The notes under the pieces were generated by a model, which was not told the DNA's origin, ran no database searches, and saw only the letters and a list, made by a program, of their open reading frames with translations. 52,965 nt of DNA from the IMG/VR virus record IMGVR_UViG_3300044477_000287, positions 1 through 52,965 of that record. The stretch is one strand, 5' to 3'. This DNA comes from a virus (lineage: Duplodnaviria > Caudoviricetes). The translations under genes and the position numbers were made by a program. Shown in pieces: positions 1 to 16,634 of this stretch (positions within the stretch are counted from its first letter, which is position 1; every line of letters starts with the position of its first letter).

Positions 1-354
1 TCATGCTTTCAGTTTTTTATAGATGAAATCAAGAACAAACGTCGGGAGTCTGAATGATTCATCGTCATCCATCTTTTTCAGAATCTTATCGGCTTGATCA
101 CTTAGGAAATCGCGCTCTAAATGCGTCAATTCAATTGTGATTTGTTTCGCTTTTGATTGATCCCATTTTGACCCACCATTTTCGGTTGATTTCAAATCAA
201 TCAATGCGGCTTCTTCGGAGCCTATTTCGATCTTTTTTTCAATGTTGTTTTTGTGGATGTACTCAATTTTGTTCGCTTCCTGTGGGAATAATGCGGGAAT
301 ACAAAAAAGACGCTCCAATATGCTTAATTCGAATGTGATTGTTTTTTTGCTCAT
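1..354 (-). CDS. Hypothetical phage protein downstream of the tail fibre
   Basis: 117 aa ORF, tightly packed in the late operon. Confidence 0.7.
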   Translation of the reverse strand: MSKKTITFELSILERLFCIPALFPQEANKIEYIHKNNIEKKIEIGSEEAALIDLKSTENGGSKWDQSKAKQITIELTHLERDFLSDQADKILKKMDDDESFRLPTFVLDFIYKKLKA

Positions 355-365
355 AAAATGGTGTA

Positions 366-818
366 TTATAGTGTTTCGATTAATGTTGATAACAGTGTTT
401 TTAAGTCTTCCCGCTGAGTGCCGCTGACCGTTTTAACGATCACCGCCGTTGATGCAGGGTAGGGGATGGGCGCGTAGGTGGTTGAGTCGGATAACTCCAA
501 CGCATCGGTGATGGCTCCTATCTGACTGCTTGCATCTTCCCATGTGCCGGACAAAACGGCAAGGTGCTCGGTGATGATGTCATCACGGTCGGCATCGGTG
601 ATGATCTTGGTGCCGTCGGGATTCGCCATCCTCAACGCTTGCAAATACGAGTTATGCGCTTGCATCGGGTTGGGTGATTCACCCGACTCTTTGGCCTTGA
701 TAGCCTTGATGAGTGCTTTGATTGCCTTTGATTTGTTTTGGCCTGTGACGGAGGCCGAACCGTCTGCCTCACGCGCCTCTAAAACGCGGAGCAGATTGTT
801 GACGGTGGTGGTGTTCAT
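366..818 (-). CDS. Hypothetical tail-associated protein
   Basis: 150 aa ORF; start overlaps the upstream stop. Confidence 0.7.
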   Translation of the reverse strand: MNTTTVNNLLRVLEAREADGSASVTGQNKSKAIKALIKAIKAKESGESPNPMQAHNSYLQALRMANPDGTKIITDADRDDIITEHLAVLSGTWEDASSQIGAITDALELSDSTTYAPIPYPASTAVIVKTVSGTQREDLKTLLSTLIETL

Positions 819-1951
819 TATTGATAATTCATTGTTATGAATAGTCTGGTTGCAATCCCGTCTTGATCAGGGATGCCGCCCGGTGATACTAATGCAGTAA
901 ATGCTTCGATATCATTTGTTGTATAAGCATCAGTGGTTAGCGGGCTAACTGATGCTGAAAATGTTGTCAGTGTTAATGTGTTCAAAACAACATTTGTGTC
1001 AATATTCCTAAGTGTATAAACAATCGATACCAAATCCATATTATCGGCATCATATAAGCCTCTATATGTTGCATTAGATGTTATTAAACTACCATTTACA
1101 ACAGCAGGGGCGAATAAGAATGCAACCTTGCCATTAAATAGACCTGTTAGTGATGGTTGAAGTGGTTTCCGTGTTTGAACAACTGATAATGAATTAGATG
1201 CAAGCACCCCCATTTCGTTTCCATCTGACGTGCAAATAAATAATTTCGCAGTTTTAACCGCTGTGTACCCATTTTCGACATTACAGGCGATTGAAACCGC
1301 TTGAGAATCGAAATGGATTAGGGCGTTGGTTGTGTCTATTGGCTTCGCACCTGATTGATACCAAATAGTACCATCTTCGTTGTAAATTATTGTTTTGACA
1401 TAACCTGCTCCAAGCTTAGACCAGTTATAATGACCTGTTCTGCAAGCGGGGGCAAGGGTTGTATTTAAAATGCCCCCAGTCCACGGGTATGTTAATGATC
1501 CGCTCATTGTTAATGGTGCTGCCGCTTCGTGATTATACGCCCGAAATCCGCCTAACTGAAAAGAATATCTTGATGGTATATTAATGTCTCGTTTCAGTCT
1601 GAAATAAACGGGTTCAGTTTGGTTGGCAGGCAAACACCATTCACCCGGACTGTCGTTTGAATACTTATTCCAGTATGGTTCAGCACCACTGATCAGAGTT
1701 CCATCCCATGTTTGTCCTCCATTTTCTGCGATGTTAAATGCAAATCCACTGGTTCCGCCCGTTTTGGATTTTGCACATAATTCGCCAACCTTATTTGAGG
1801 CCAACCCAATTGTGTTGCTCACGAGCGAGGTTGTGATGTCGGTTGCGGGTAATGCCATTGTCGTGTCTTTTAATTGGTTTTCGATTTCGATTGATTCCTT
1901 ACTGCATCCAATGAGTAGCGATAAGAGGGTGATAATGATCAAGTGTTTCAT
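818..1951 (-). CDS. Putative tail-fibre-associated/receptor-binding protein with an N-terminal lipoprotein signal; possible internal start at 1858
   Basis: MKHLIIITLLSLLIGC lipobox, then MALPATDITTSLVSNTIG..VGELC resembling N-termini of phage fibre-associated proteins; beta-rich C-terminus. Confidence 0.55.
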   Translation of the reverse strand: MKHLIIITLLSLLIGCSKESIEIENQLKDTTMALPATDITTSLVSNTIGLASNKVGELCAKSKTGGTSGFAFNIAENGGQTWDGTLISGAEPYWNKYSNDSPGEWCLPANQTEPVYFRLKRDINIPSRYSFQLGGFRAYNHEAAAPLTMSGSLTYPWTGGILNTTLAPACRTGHYNWSKLGAGYVKTIIYNEDGTIWYQSGAKPIDTTNALIHFDSQAVSIACNVENGYTAVKTAKLFICTSDGNEMGVLASNSLSVVQTRKPLQPSLTGLFNGKVAFLFAPAVVNGSLITSNATYRGLYDADNMDLVSIVYTLRNIDTNVVLNTLTLTTFSASVSPLTTDAYTTNDIEAFTALVSPGGIPDQDGIATRLFITMNYQ

Positions 1952-1962
1952 TAGATTGTGGT

Positions 1963-9293
<7,331 letters not shown>

Positions 9294-9301
<8 letters not shown>

Positions 9302-9566
9302 GTTTAGCAAATTTTTTAAGGGTGTCCCTTTCGTCCGCTGCACTCACCATGATCGGCTTGTCTTTTGCCTCGTAATCGTACCAAGGCAAATCGCTCGTCA
9401 TCATCCGAAGGTTTATCCAGCTTACTCCCCATAAAATATAATCAACCGTGTACCCGAAGCTTTTGGCTATGCCTCCAATGCTTCCCCAGATGGTTTTCCC
9501 TCCACGGGAGCCGTCGCGCTCTTTAGTATGTTCGACCCGCCGATCAACTGCATAGTGAAAAAAAAA
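9294..9566 (-). CDS. Tail assembly chaperone C-terminal extension (gpGT-like, reached by -1 frameshift)
   Basis: Open -1 frame after the slippery T9 run; FGYTVDYILWGVSWINLRMM..DLP segment; abuts the tape measure start. Confidence 0.75.
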
Positions 9567-9940
9567 TCCTCTGAGTTCATTTGCTTGAGAACGACTGATG
9601 CGAGCTGCAGGATTTCGGTTGCATTCAGATTCCACAGCAGGTAGTCTGTTAATTGTCTCTCCTTCCACCATGCTTTCAGATTCCACCATGCGGGTTTCTG
9701 GTTGGTGATACCCATTGCCAATAGTTGACACACGGGACGCATATTACCCGCACTTTGCATAAGGGCAGGGATTGCTTCCATTTTCCCGTTAATGTGCTCA
9801 AGAGTGGTCGCAATGGTGCTTATTCTGATGAGCGTGCCAAGCTTCATGCCGGTGATGGCGAATGCTCTTCCGGCAACGGTGAATTTGATTGCCTGATCGG
9901 TCAGTGCTTGACCGGCTTTTGTTTCAATGTTGTTTACCAT
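9467..9940 (-). CDS. Tail assembly chaperone (gpG-like)
   Basis: Upstream of tape measure; contains GAT TTT TTT TTC slippery site; likely start MVNNIE at 9940. Confidence 0.8.
   Translation of the reverse strand: MVNNIETKAGQALTDQAIKFTVAGRAFAITGMKLGTLIRISTIATTLEHINGKMEAIPALMQSAGNMRPVCQLLAMGITNQKPAWWNLKAWWKERQLTDYLLWNLNATEILQLASVVLKQMNSEDFFFTMQLIGGSNILKSATAPVEGKPSGEALEA
9558..9566 (-). other. Programmed -1 ribosomal frameshift slippery site (T TTT TTT)
   Basis: Nine T on the minus strand join frame 0 (EDFFF) to the -1 frame (GFFFHY). Confidence 0.75.
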
Positions 9941-10461
9941 ATCTGTTCGGTTTCCCATTGTGGCGGGTGTTGTTTGTGATGAAATGGCATTCCAGGAGCG
10001 TAATAAGTGGGGGTGACGTCCACATGAACGAATGTCTTTTTCTGGTCGATGTAGAGATTCAGCCCAATGCGAATCTTAAACCCAAGCATTTTGGCCGCTT
10101 TCTTTAATTCGGCTGCGAGTTTGCGTGATTCTGCATAACTGGTGGTGTCGATGTCGAAGGCCATGGCCACAACATGCGGGGACGTGGTGGCTGCCCGATC
10201 GTCATTGGCCTTCAATTCTTCCTGTCTGGCCTGCGTCCGTGTGGCTGAATTGAAGTTACACACCGGCCATCCGTTCAGTCGAACCTGGTCAATTATCTGA
10301 ATCAATGGGGCGGCCAATGTGGTGCCATTTGGTATGTATGGTTCTCCAAGGGTGATGTACTTACCAATCTTCGACCCAAGGCGGGGGAGTCCGTAAATGC
10401 CTTGCCACACATCAAGGCTGACGTTTTCGCCCGTGGCTAGTATGATGGTTGCTATATTCAT
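9934..10461 (-). CDS. Endolysin, peptidase M15-like Zn peptidase
   Basis: NS..R, SPHVVAMAFDI (H-x6-D) and FVHVD motifs; follows the holin; likely start MNIATI. Confidence 0.8.
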   Translation of the reverse strand: MNIATIILATGENVSLDVWQGIYGLPRLGSKIGKYITLGEPYIPNGTTLAAPLIQIIDQVRLNGWPVCNFNSATRTQARQEELKANDDRAATTSPHVVAMAFDIDTTSYAESRKLAAELKKAAKMLGFKIRIGLNLYIDQKKTFVHVDVTPTYYAPGMPFHHKQHPPQWETEQIW

Positions 10462-10473
10462 ATCTATTCTATT

Positions 10474-10500
10474 AAATAAAACCACCCCCGAAGGGGCGGT
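10474..10500 (-). terminator. Intrinsic terminator-like hairpin between holin and endolysin
   Basis: ACCGCCCC-TTCG-GGGGTGGT followed by TTTATTT. Confidence 0.6.
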
Positions 10501-10502
10501 GA

Positions 10503-11015
10503 TTATGCGTTGTCTAGTTTGCGTTTGATCAATCCTTTGAGCGTGTCGTATATCTCATCCGTAATTTTGAGCACCCGAAACGAATAGTCGAGCCGTTCAA
10601 AATTCTCATCTACTGATTTGAGTTCCCAGTAAAATATATGAAGCAGGATATAGAAGTGAATCAGTTTAAATGGTATCTCCATGAAGTCCAATCCGGTTGT
10701 CACGAACTCTTTTCGTAGAATAAATGAGACGGCCAAGAAAACCATGTATGACCCGAACTTAAAGACCCACCCAAGGCCACGCTTCGAAATGAATTTCTTG
10801 CCCTCTTTTTTCGAAGCTTTCAGCCCGGTAATGCAATCTGTCACCATAATGGAGAACAGCAACAAAAAAAGGCCAAGGGAGATGCCAAGGAATGATTCGG
10901 AGAAAGCGGTTAATCCTGTGATAACAACCGATAGTAAGCCCGCGTAAAAGGCCGCCGCCTGCACTTTAATTTGACTGAAATCAAATAGCCGTGCGATAAA
11001 TATCATGTGTTCCAT
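10503..11015 (-). CDS. Holin (phage holin 4-1-like)
   Basis: 3-4 hydrophobic segments; D.ITG..AS, S.RG, E.KS.DEN motifs. Confidence 0.8.
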   Translation of the reverse strand: MEHMIFIARLFDFSQIKVQAAAFYAGLLSVVITGLTAFSESFLGISLGLFLLLFSIMVTDCITGLKASKKEGKKFISKRGLGWVFKFGSYMVFLAVSFILRKEFVTTGLDFMEIPFKLIHFYILLHIFYWELKSVDENFERLDYSFRVLKITDEIYDTLKGLIKRKLDNA

Positions 11016-11027
11016 GTCGTTTTTATT

Positions 11028-11051
11028 AAAAGCCCCGGACAAAGCCGGGGC
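11028..11051 (-). terminator. Terminator-like hairpin after the major tail gene
   Basis: GCCCCGG-N6-CCGGGGC followed by TTTT. Confidence 0.55.
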
Positions 11052-11070
11052 AGGGTTAAGGATTATGAGA

Positions 11071-11574
11071 TTAGTCAGGGATCACAATGTGATACGCTGC
11101 GCCGCCATCTCCCGGATCAAGTGGTGTTGCCTTCACTTCCATTTGAAGCATATCCGCTTTTCCGAGGGTGCCATCAAATCGTCCAATGATACTGGCGTTT
11201 GGAATTAGGATTTTTACCCCCGATTCGGTTGTCAATTCAATTGCAAGCTTGATGTTCACGCTTCCGGTTGGAGCCTTCCAAGTGGTTTCTGTTGTCCCGT
11301 CGACCACAGTTCCTCCTTTTACTTGAGAAACAATAGCGGCTGAAATGTCGTAGCATTTCCATACGATATCCATCTTTGAATCTTCGGTGATGATAGATTC
11401 AACTGGTGCCACTTGCTCCTCAACAAAAAAATCCTGAACAGTTGCTTCTGACTCAGAAAGAGTCATCGACCCCTTAACAGTCTTTGCGAAATCAGTCACC
11501 GTAACCGGCATGGTCGATGTTCCTGTTGGGGTTCCGAATTTTACGGACTTGAGTCCGAATGCAAATTGTGCCAT
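11071..11574 (-). CDS. Major tail tube protein
   Basis: FGLKSVKFG start, ~167 aa beta-rich, follows the neck genes. Confidence 0.8.
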   Translation of the reverse strand: MAQFAFGLKSVKFGTPTGTSTMPVTVTDFAKTVKGSMTLSESEATVQDFFVEEQVAPVESIITEDSKMDIVWKCYDISAAIVSQVKGGTVVDGTTETTWKAPTGSVNIKLAIELTTESGVKILIPNASIIGRFDGTLGKADMLQMEVKATPLDPGDGGAAYHIVIPD

Positions 11575-11577
11575 ATT

Positions 11578-11958
11578 TTATTTATCAATTAGGTTACACA
11601 ATAATCTGATGTTTACATAGTGTTCATTGAGGGTGTCCTCCCTCTCTATGCCTTGTCGGTCATAGTAGATGTGCATATTTTCAGCAATGATCAGTTCGAG
11701 AGCCTCTGTGTAGATGGATGCCAGTTCGCCCAATCGTTTTGAGTCGGGTAGGGAAGGCTGATCTTTTATGATGATGTCCTTCACGTGGATGTTGACGTTT
11801 GCATAGCATTTCATCAACGTGTCACCGGTGATTGGCATGGCATTGATAACGATGTACTCCTTTTCAGTCCCCGCAGGTTTTGCCATTTTGAAAGTTGGCA
11901 ATCCCATTGGTTTGAGATACTTAAATAAATAGTCAATAGCTTCTATGTTCGTTCTCAT
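11578..11958 (-). CDS. Tail terminator/completion protein
   Basis: Synteny; EYIVIN..ANVNIHV pattern. Confidence 0.65.
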   Translation of the reverse strand: MRTNIEAIDYLFKYLKPMGLPTFKMAKPAGTEKEYIVINAMPITGDTLMKCYANVNIHVKDIIIKDQPSLPDSKRLGELASIYTEALELIIAENMHIYYDRQGIEREDTLNEHYVNIRLLCNLIDK

Positions 11959-11961
11959 GGC

Positions 11962-12441
11962 TTAAAATGAAGTTTCAAAATCAATGGTGACGCCTTTCTT
12001 TCCCAACTGTTGAGTGTATTTGCGCAACAGGTCGCCAAGATTCACTAGGCATTGTTCTTCCTGCGAAGTGATCACGTTGTAGCCCTTCGATTCAAGTGCT
12101 GATGCGTAATCCATGCCGGCAACGCCAATCAGTCGATAACCGCGTTTGGGGGGGATAGAGGCCAGTGCTTCAAGTGCGTGAATATTACTCGAACCTTCTT
12201 TCACCACCTCGTTATCTCTCATCACAAAGTAGCCTATCGAGCTTCTGAGGTTGGCTGTCCTATCCTTGTAGTCGCCTTTCGGGAATAGTGAGGATGAGAT
12301 ATGCAGGGCGTTTCTCGCATCACTTACAAACTGCTCTCCGCAATACTGCATGATTTGCAATAGCTTACGCTCAATCTCTATTAGGTCTTTGTTGATGGCC
12401 TTTTCAAGAGCGTTATAGCTGAATCTCGCACTTACACCCAT
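11962..12441 (-). CDS. Neck/tail completion protein (HK97 gp10-like)
   Basis: DRTANLRSSIGY and AGMDYASALE motifs. Confidence 0.75.
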   Translation of the reverse strand: MGVSARFSYNALEKAINKDLIEIERKLLQIMQYCGEQFVSDARNALHISSSLFPKGDYKDRTANLRSSIGYFVMRDNEVVKEGSSNIHALEALASIPPKRGYRLIGVAGMDYASALESKGYNVITSQEEQCLVNLGDLLRKYTQQLGKKGVTIDFETSF

Positions 12442-12752
12442 AGCCGTGAATTTAATTGACCGTTACTGTGACGTTTCACGGTTCCCTTAATGCTTCGCCC
12501 GTCAATCATTATCACTGCTTCGGCATTGGCCGTTACATTGACGCCCATTTTAGGCAAATACACATTCCATCCATACTCCAAAACACTGCCATCTTCGCCC
12601 TTAAGCACTTGCCCTGTTCCGTTGGGTTCGGCTCTGCAAATACCCGTGAACACCACCGTTGTAGTGTCTGCAATTGGATTGCCATCTCCGTCGTATGTCA
12701 ACGAGCCTTGCTCGGTGATTTCGATCGTGTGCGGGTATTGTGATATTACCAT
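12432..12752 (-). CDS. Head closure protein
   Basis: Synteny; ~106 aa beta-rich, CRAEPN motif. Confidence 0.6.
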   Translation of the reverse strand: MVISQYPHTIEITEQGSLTYDGDGNPIADTTTVVFTGICRAEPNGTGQVLKGEDGSVLEYGWNVYLPKMGVNVTANAEAVIMIDGRSIKGTVKRHSNGQLNSRLWV

Positions 12753-13075
12753 AAGTCAACAGCTTTAATCGTTCCGACATTCACAACCGTTTCGAATCCC
12801 ATATCTTCACCGTGCTTGCAGTAAATGGCCTTGGCCAGATCAAGCATATTGCCCTTGTCGGTCATGCTGATTTGATAGCCACCCTCGGCAATGGTGGGAG
12901 TGGAGACAAGAAGCAGGTAAACATCAGCCGTGGCAAGTTCGAATTCCTTCGATAACAAAACGGTTTGATTCGTTTCGTCCGCAGGATTCAAACCCCGCTT
13001 CATGGTGATGATCGCTACTTTATTGTCCTCGATGGGATAATTAACGATTGCTTTAAGTGCTTCGGTGATGGTCAT
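12746..13075 (-). CDS. Head-tail adaptor/connector
   Basis: Directly after the capsid gene; P..EGG..S motif. Confidence 0.6.
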   Translation of the reverse strand: MTITEALKAIVNYPIEDNKVAIITMKRGLNPADETNQTVLLSKEFELATADVYLLLVSTPTIAEGGYQISMTDKGNMLDLAKAIYCKHGEDMGFETVVNVGTIKAVDLW

Positions 13076-13093
13076 TGCTCTGAGGGGTTAAGA

Positions 13094-13126
13094 GTATCGG
13101 GAGCAATCAAGTATCACTCCCGATAC
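13094..13126 (-). terminator. Hairpin downstream of the major capsid gene
   Basis: 10 bp stem GTATCGGGAG...CTCCCGATAC. Confidence 0.5.
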
Positions 13127-13136
13127 AAGGGTTAGG

Positions 13137-14225
13137 TTACGAACGAATCGACGCAGTATCCACGATCAATGTTCCGCCAATTGCTTTAGGCACAAGGAAC
13201 CCGTTCAGTTCAGATTCAAACAGTCGGAAGTCTTCGCCAACCTTGTACTTCATCAGTACATTGTCGTTTTTTGCGTAAGTAACACCTGCCACCGGCATAC
13301 GCTCCTCATTAGAGAAGGTATATAAGGCATCTCCAAAGTTTTCCTCGTTGTGGAAAACCACCCGATCATCTTTGAATGGAGTGATGATCGACCCACTCTC
13401 CACCTGAACCCCGTAATCTACCAACTCAATGGTTGGCAATCCTGCGGCTTCCAACTGCATGTTCACCATTGCTGGAGTGATCACATTGATTGGATTAACA
13501 GTATAGGTCATGGTTTTTTGCTCCATCTTCAACCCATAAGTGGATGTAAATTCCGTTGAATTCACCATCTTGTTGAAGGTTGATCGACTCATCTTCATTT
13601 TGGAATAGGTCTTGCCTTTGGCTTTCTCTTCGTCCAGAATGGTGCGAATATTACTCAAGGGCTTGTGATCGGTGTAAGCCAAACTCCAAGCTTTGGTAAT
13701 CACTTTGTCCTTACGCGCCCCAAAATCAGCAGTGAAAGTCACACCTTGGGGATTGTCAGCAGCAGCAACCGTAACGGTTCCGTTTGAGATGATTTCACCA
13801 GCCCACATGTCGAGACGTTTGTGAGGTGCCAACATCAAGGCTTTGATGTCAGGAAACAACTCATCAATGATGGCATTTCCGTTTTCAATAGTACCTGCAC
13901 GAATGGCGTCCTCTAACTCCATAAACCTGCGAAGTTCTTTCAAGTCGAGCGTAAATCCATCCTTGATAGAACCAAGGCTTCCCTGAAAGGTGTTACCTGT
14001 TGGCCTTTCCTTTCGTGGAGCGCGTGCGCCGTAATCCACCACCGAACCAGCAGTGATGCGTGCGCCTGCTACCATCAACCCGTCGTAGGTCAATGTGGGT
14101 GAATACTTCCATCCAAACCACCTTTTCCACTGAATGCCATCCAATGATTTGGCGGTATTATCTACGAGTGCTTGAAATACCTTTGTTTTCGCAAACACAT
14201 CAAGCATTAATTGACTTTTAGCCAT
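13137..14225 (-). CDS. Major capsid protein (lambda gpE-like)
   Basis: 362 aa; follows scaffold and decoration genes; NG.V and PLSNI motifs. Confidence 0.85.
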   Translation of the reverse strand: MAKSQLMLDVFAKTKVFQALVDNTAKSLDGIQWKRWFGWKYSPTLTYDGLMVAGARITAGSVVDYGARAPRKERPTGNTFQGSLGSIKDGFTLDLKELRRFMELEDAIRAGTIENGNAIIDELFPDIKALMLAPHKRLDMWAGEIISNGTVTVAAADNPQGVTFTADFGARKDKVITKAWSLAYTDHKPLSNIRTILDEEKAKGKTYSKMKMSRSTFNKMVNSTEFTSTYGLKMEQKTMTYTVNPINVITPAMVNMQLEAAGLPTIELVDYGVQVESGSIITPFKDDRVVFHNEENFGDALYTFSNEERMPVAGVTYAKNDNVLMKYKVGEDFRLFESELNGFLVPKAIGGTLIVDTASIRS

Positions 14226-14244
14226 GTTCTTACTTCTTTAAGTG

Positions 14245-14835
14245 TTAGATAAATAGAAATCGTGAAGTGAGCGCGGTCTTATTGGCCGAAGTCACGGCAT
14301 AAGGCAGATCACTTTCTTTGATTTCAAGGATTGATATCGCCACATTAACCGTGGTGTGCTCCTCTAATTGCGCATCATGCAACAGGATTCCGTTTGCAAC
14401 ATTGGCTTCGGCTGCTGCCGCTGCTCCTGTGGCTGAGCTTTGAAATAAAACATCACCTGCGGTTAACACCACCCCAAGGGTTGTCCCTACGGTTAATTGA
14501 TCGTAATCAGCATTGCTGGTGTCAATGGCGGTAATGGCATAAGCCGCACCTCCTACTGTTTTTGCAATGTAGTTGCCTACAACAAAAACATGATTCTTCT
14601 TCACCTTGATAGCAGTTGCAGTATTGGTGGCATCAGCCTGCACAATAGCGTTTTTCACCACTTTGGCGGTGCGGGTAGTCCGATTGACGGACATCAGCGC
14701 ACCCTTCAATAGGTAGTCCATTGCAGATGGCAGCACGGACTTGTCTAAAGTGAAACCACCTGTTGCTTTAATTACAAGCTCCTCAGGCCACAGCACTTTA
14801 GTAATTGGGTCTTTAGTTCCGATTTTAAATTGCAT
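14245..14835 (-). CDS. Head decoration protein
   Basis: Between scaffold and capsid; GGFTLD, LLKG, GILLHD, LPY motifs with an inserted beta domain. Confidence 0.7.
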   Translation of the reverse strand: MQFKIGTKDPITKVLWPEELVIKATGGFTLDKSVLPSAMDYLLKGALMSVNRTTRTAKVVKNAIVQADATNTATAIKVKKNHVFVVGNYIAKTVGGAAYAITAIDTSNADYDQLTVGTTLGVVLTAGDVLFQSSATGAAAAAEANVANGILLHDAQLEEHTTVNVAISILEIKESDLPYAVTSANKTALTSRFLFI

Positions 14836-14854
14836 AACTCAATTTTTTTAATGA

Positions 14855-15526
14855 TTACTTTTTCTCGAATTGTGATCCATAAGCATTAAGCTGGGCTACC
14901 ATGGAATCCTCTGTTACCGAGCCAGCAGATGGGGCATACCCCCCACTTGCAACCTCTTGATTGATGATGTCCTGTTTGAATGCAGTGTACTTTGTCGCGA
15001 CACTCTCGATCTCCGCATCCAACGATTCAGAATCAACATTAACCCTGTCGGCAAATAAATCCATGTGCTTTTCTTCGACACCCTTTGCTTTAAGTTTGTC
15101 GCGTACTTGTGCCATTTTGGCTTCCCTTGCTTTGGTCACATTCACTTGCTCTACAGTCCCCGAAAGTTTGGTTACTGTTTCAAGCAAGCCTTTCGCCCAA
15201 GCGGGCATTTCTTCGCCCCCTACTCCCGGAGTGGGATTTGGTTGCGGATTTGGATTTTGAATTGGCTTCCCGTTTTCATCGAGATTGTGTTTCTTGCGAA
15301 AATCATCAAGCGCAGTCTTCTGGGCGCCTTGTGCGCGGCGGTCGCCCTCTTGTTGCGCATATAATGCGGAAGTCCTAAGCACTTCAATTGTCCCGTCATT
15401 GATAACCGTTGCAATCTGTGCTTCATCGGTGATGGTTTTGCTGTATTGATCAGCAACCCCTTGGATGTATGCATCCGGAACCCCTGCGAGTTTGGTTTTC
15501 AGGTGTGCAAAAATTTTGGTTTTCAT
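14855..15526 (-). CDS. Capsid scaffolding protein
   Basis: EGDRRA, P/N-rich linker, MPAWAK motif, coiled coil; synteny. Confidence 0.75.
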   Translation of the reverse strand: MKTKIFAHLKTKLAGVPDAYIQGVADQYSKTITDEAQIATVINDGTIEVLRTSALYAQQEGDRRAQGAQKTALDDFRKKHNLDENGKPIQNPNPQPNPTPGVGGEEMPAWAKGLLETVTKLSGTVEQVNVTKAREAKMAQVRDKLKAKGVEEKHMDLFADRVNVDSESLDAEIESVATKYTAFKQDIINQEVASGGYAPSAGSVTEDSMVAQLNAYGSQFEKK

Positions 15527-15576
15527 AGATAAACGCGTTTAGTTTCTCTGTTAAAACCTAAAATATAATTGGGCGT

Positions 15577-16620
15577 TTATCTGGTTCTGATGAGTTTGAG
15601 TTTGGGCTTTCCGTTTTTGAAATTGTCTCTTATCCAATAGGGCTGATTCTTATAGTCCGCGAATCGATCCCAATTGTCCGTGACGTACTTTTTTGCATCG
15701 CTTGGCATTGCCTTCACCCGATTGATTGCCACGCCCGAATCATCATCAAGTGATGAGATAAAATCATCCTGACTCATCAGAATGGGAACCTTGAAACACA
15801 AGCATCCCGGATGCCAACCACGAAAAACAAAGTCCTTAGGATATTCGCCCTTCATATTGTCGCAGATGTCAACACGCGGATGAGAGCCTGAAAGCTTCAC
15901 TTCGTATCCCGTCACAAAATCAAGCCCCTGCCATCGTTCATGGTCTGCCATACGATATGCCATGTTGGTTTCGGTTGCGGCCAACCGAAGCGCATTTTTG
16001 TAGCTCGATCGATACACGCCCCGCCCGGGGTGATAGTCTTTCATGGGCTTTGATGGCACCAACTTTCCGTCTTCGTTGCGAACCCTATGGAATATCTTTT
16101 CAGGATCATTCAGTAATTGCCGGATGTCCTTACTTATTTCTTCGGCACTTCGACCTACGGAAATTCCACTTTCAAGGTAGAATTCAAGTTGCGTTTTGGT
16201 TTGCGCTGACAGGTTCCATACTTTATCAGACAATCCCATGCCGTCAATTTTGCGCTTTTGGAAGGCTTTTAAAGCGTCAAGGTTTCGGGCGTTCATTCCC
16301 AACAACACTTGATTATTCAAGGCAAGGCCATTGGTGAAGGATGCGACCAGTTCATCATTCTTAACATTCGACAGCTCCCATGCAGCGGCCTGTTCGCTGT
16401 TTATCCATGCTTCAAGGTCTGTTGCAAACGATTTGAGTATCTTATCAAGCTCCTTCTCGATCCGCTTGTTTCTAATCCACGCATCAGCGGCGGGTAGTGG
16501 CTTCCATTTTGCAAGTAATGGCGAAGCCGAGTTGATTAACTCGGCAAATCGCTTGCTTATTACTTTGTCCTGAGCCAACATGCGCTGAACAAGCTGGCGT
16601 TCGAAAAATGTATAATCCAT
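15577..16620 (-). CDS. Minor head/morphogenesis protein (SPP1 gp7/Mu gpF-like)
   Basis: RLAATETNMAY, ICD..G.YP, WHPGCLC motifs. Confidence 0.85.
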   Translation of the reverse strand: MDYTFFERQLVQRMLAQDKVISKRFAELINSASPLLAKWKPLPAADAWIRNKRIEKELDKILKSFATDLEAWINSEQAAAWELSNVKNDELVASFTNGLALNNQVLLGMNARNLDALKAFQKRKIDGMGLSDKVWNLSAQTKTQLEFYLESGISVGRSAEEISKDIRQLLNDPEKIFHRVRNEDGKLVPSKPMKDYHPGRGVYRSSYKNALRLAATETNMAYRMADHERWQGLDFVTGYEVKLSGSHPRVDICDNMKGEYPKDFVFRGWHPGCLCFKVPILMSQDDFISSLDDDSGVAINRVKAMPSDAKKYVTDNWDRFADYKNQPYWIRDNFKNGKPKLKLIRTR

Positions 16621-16634
16621 CTTTGTTCAGGTGC

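Noticed and set aside
11004-11015. Lambda S-type holin/antiholin dual start (MEHM)
   Set aside because: Two Met codons are present but the extension lacks the Lys/Arg typical of the dual-start motif; too weak
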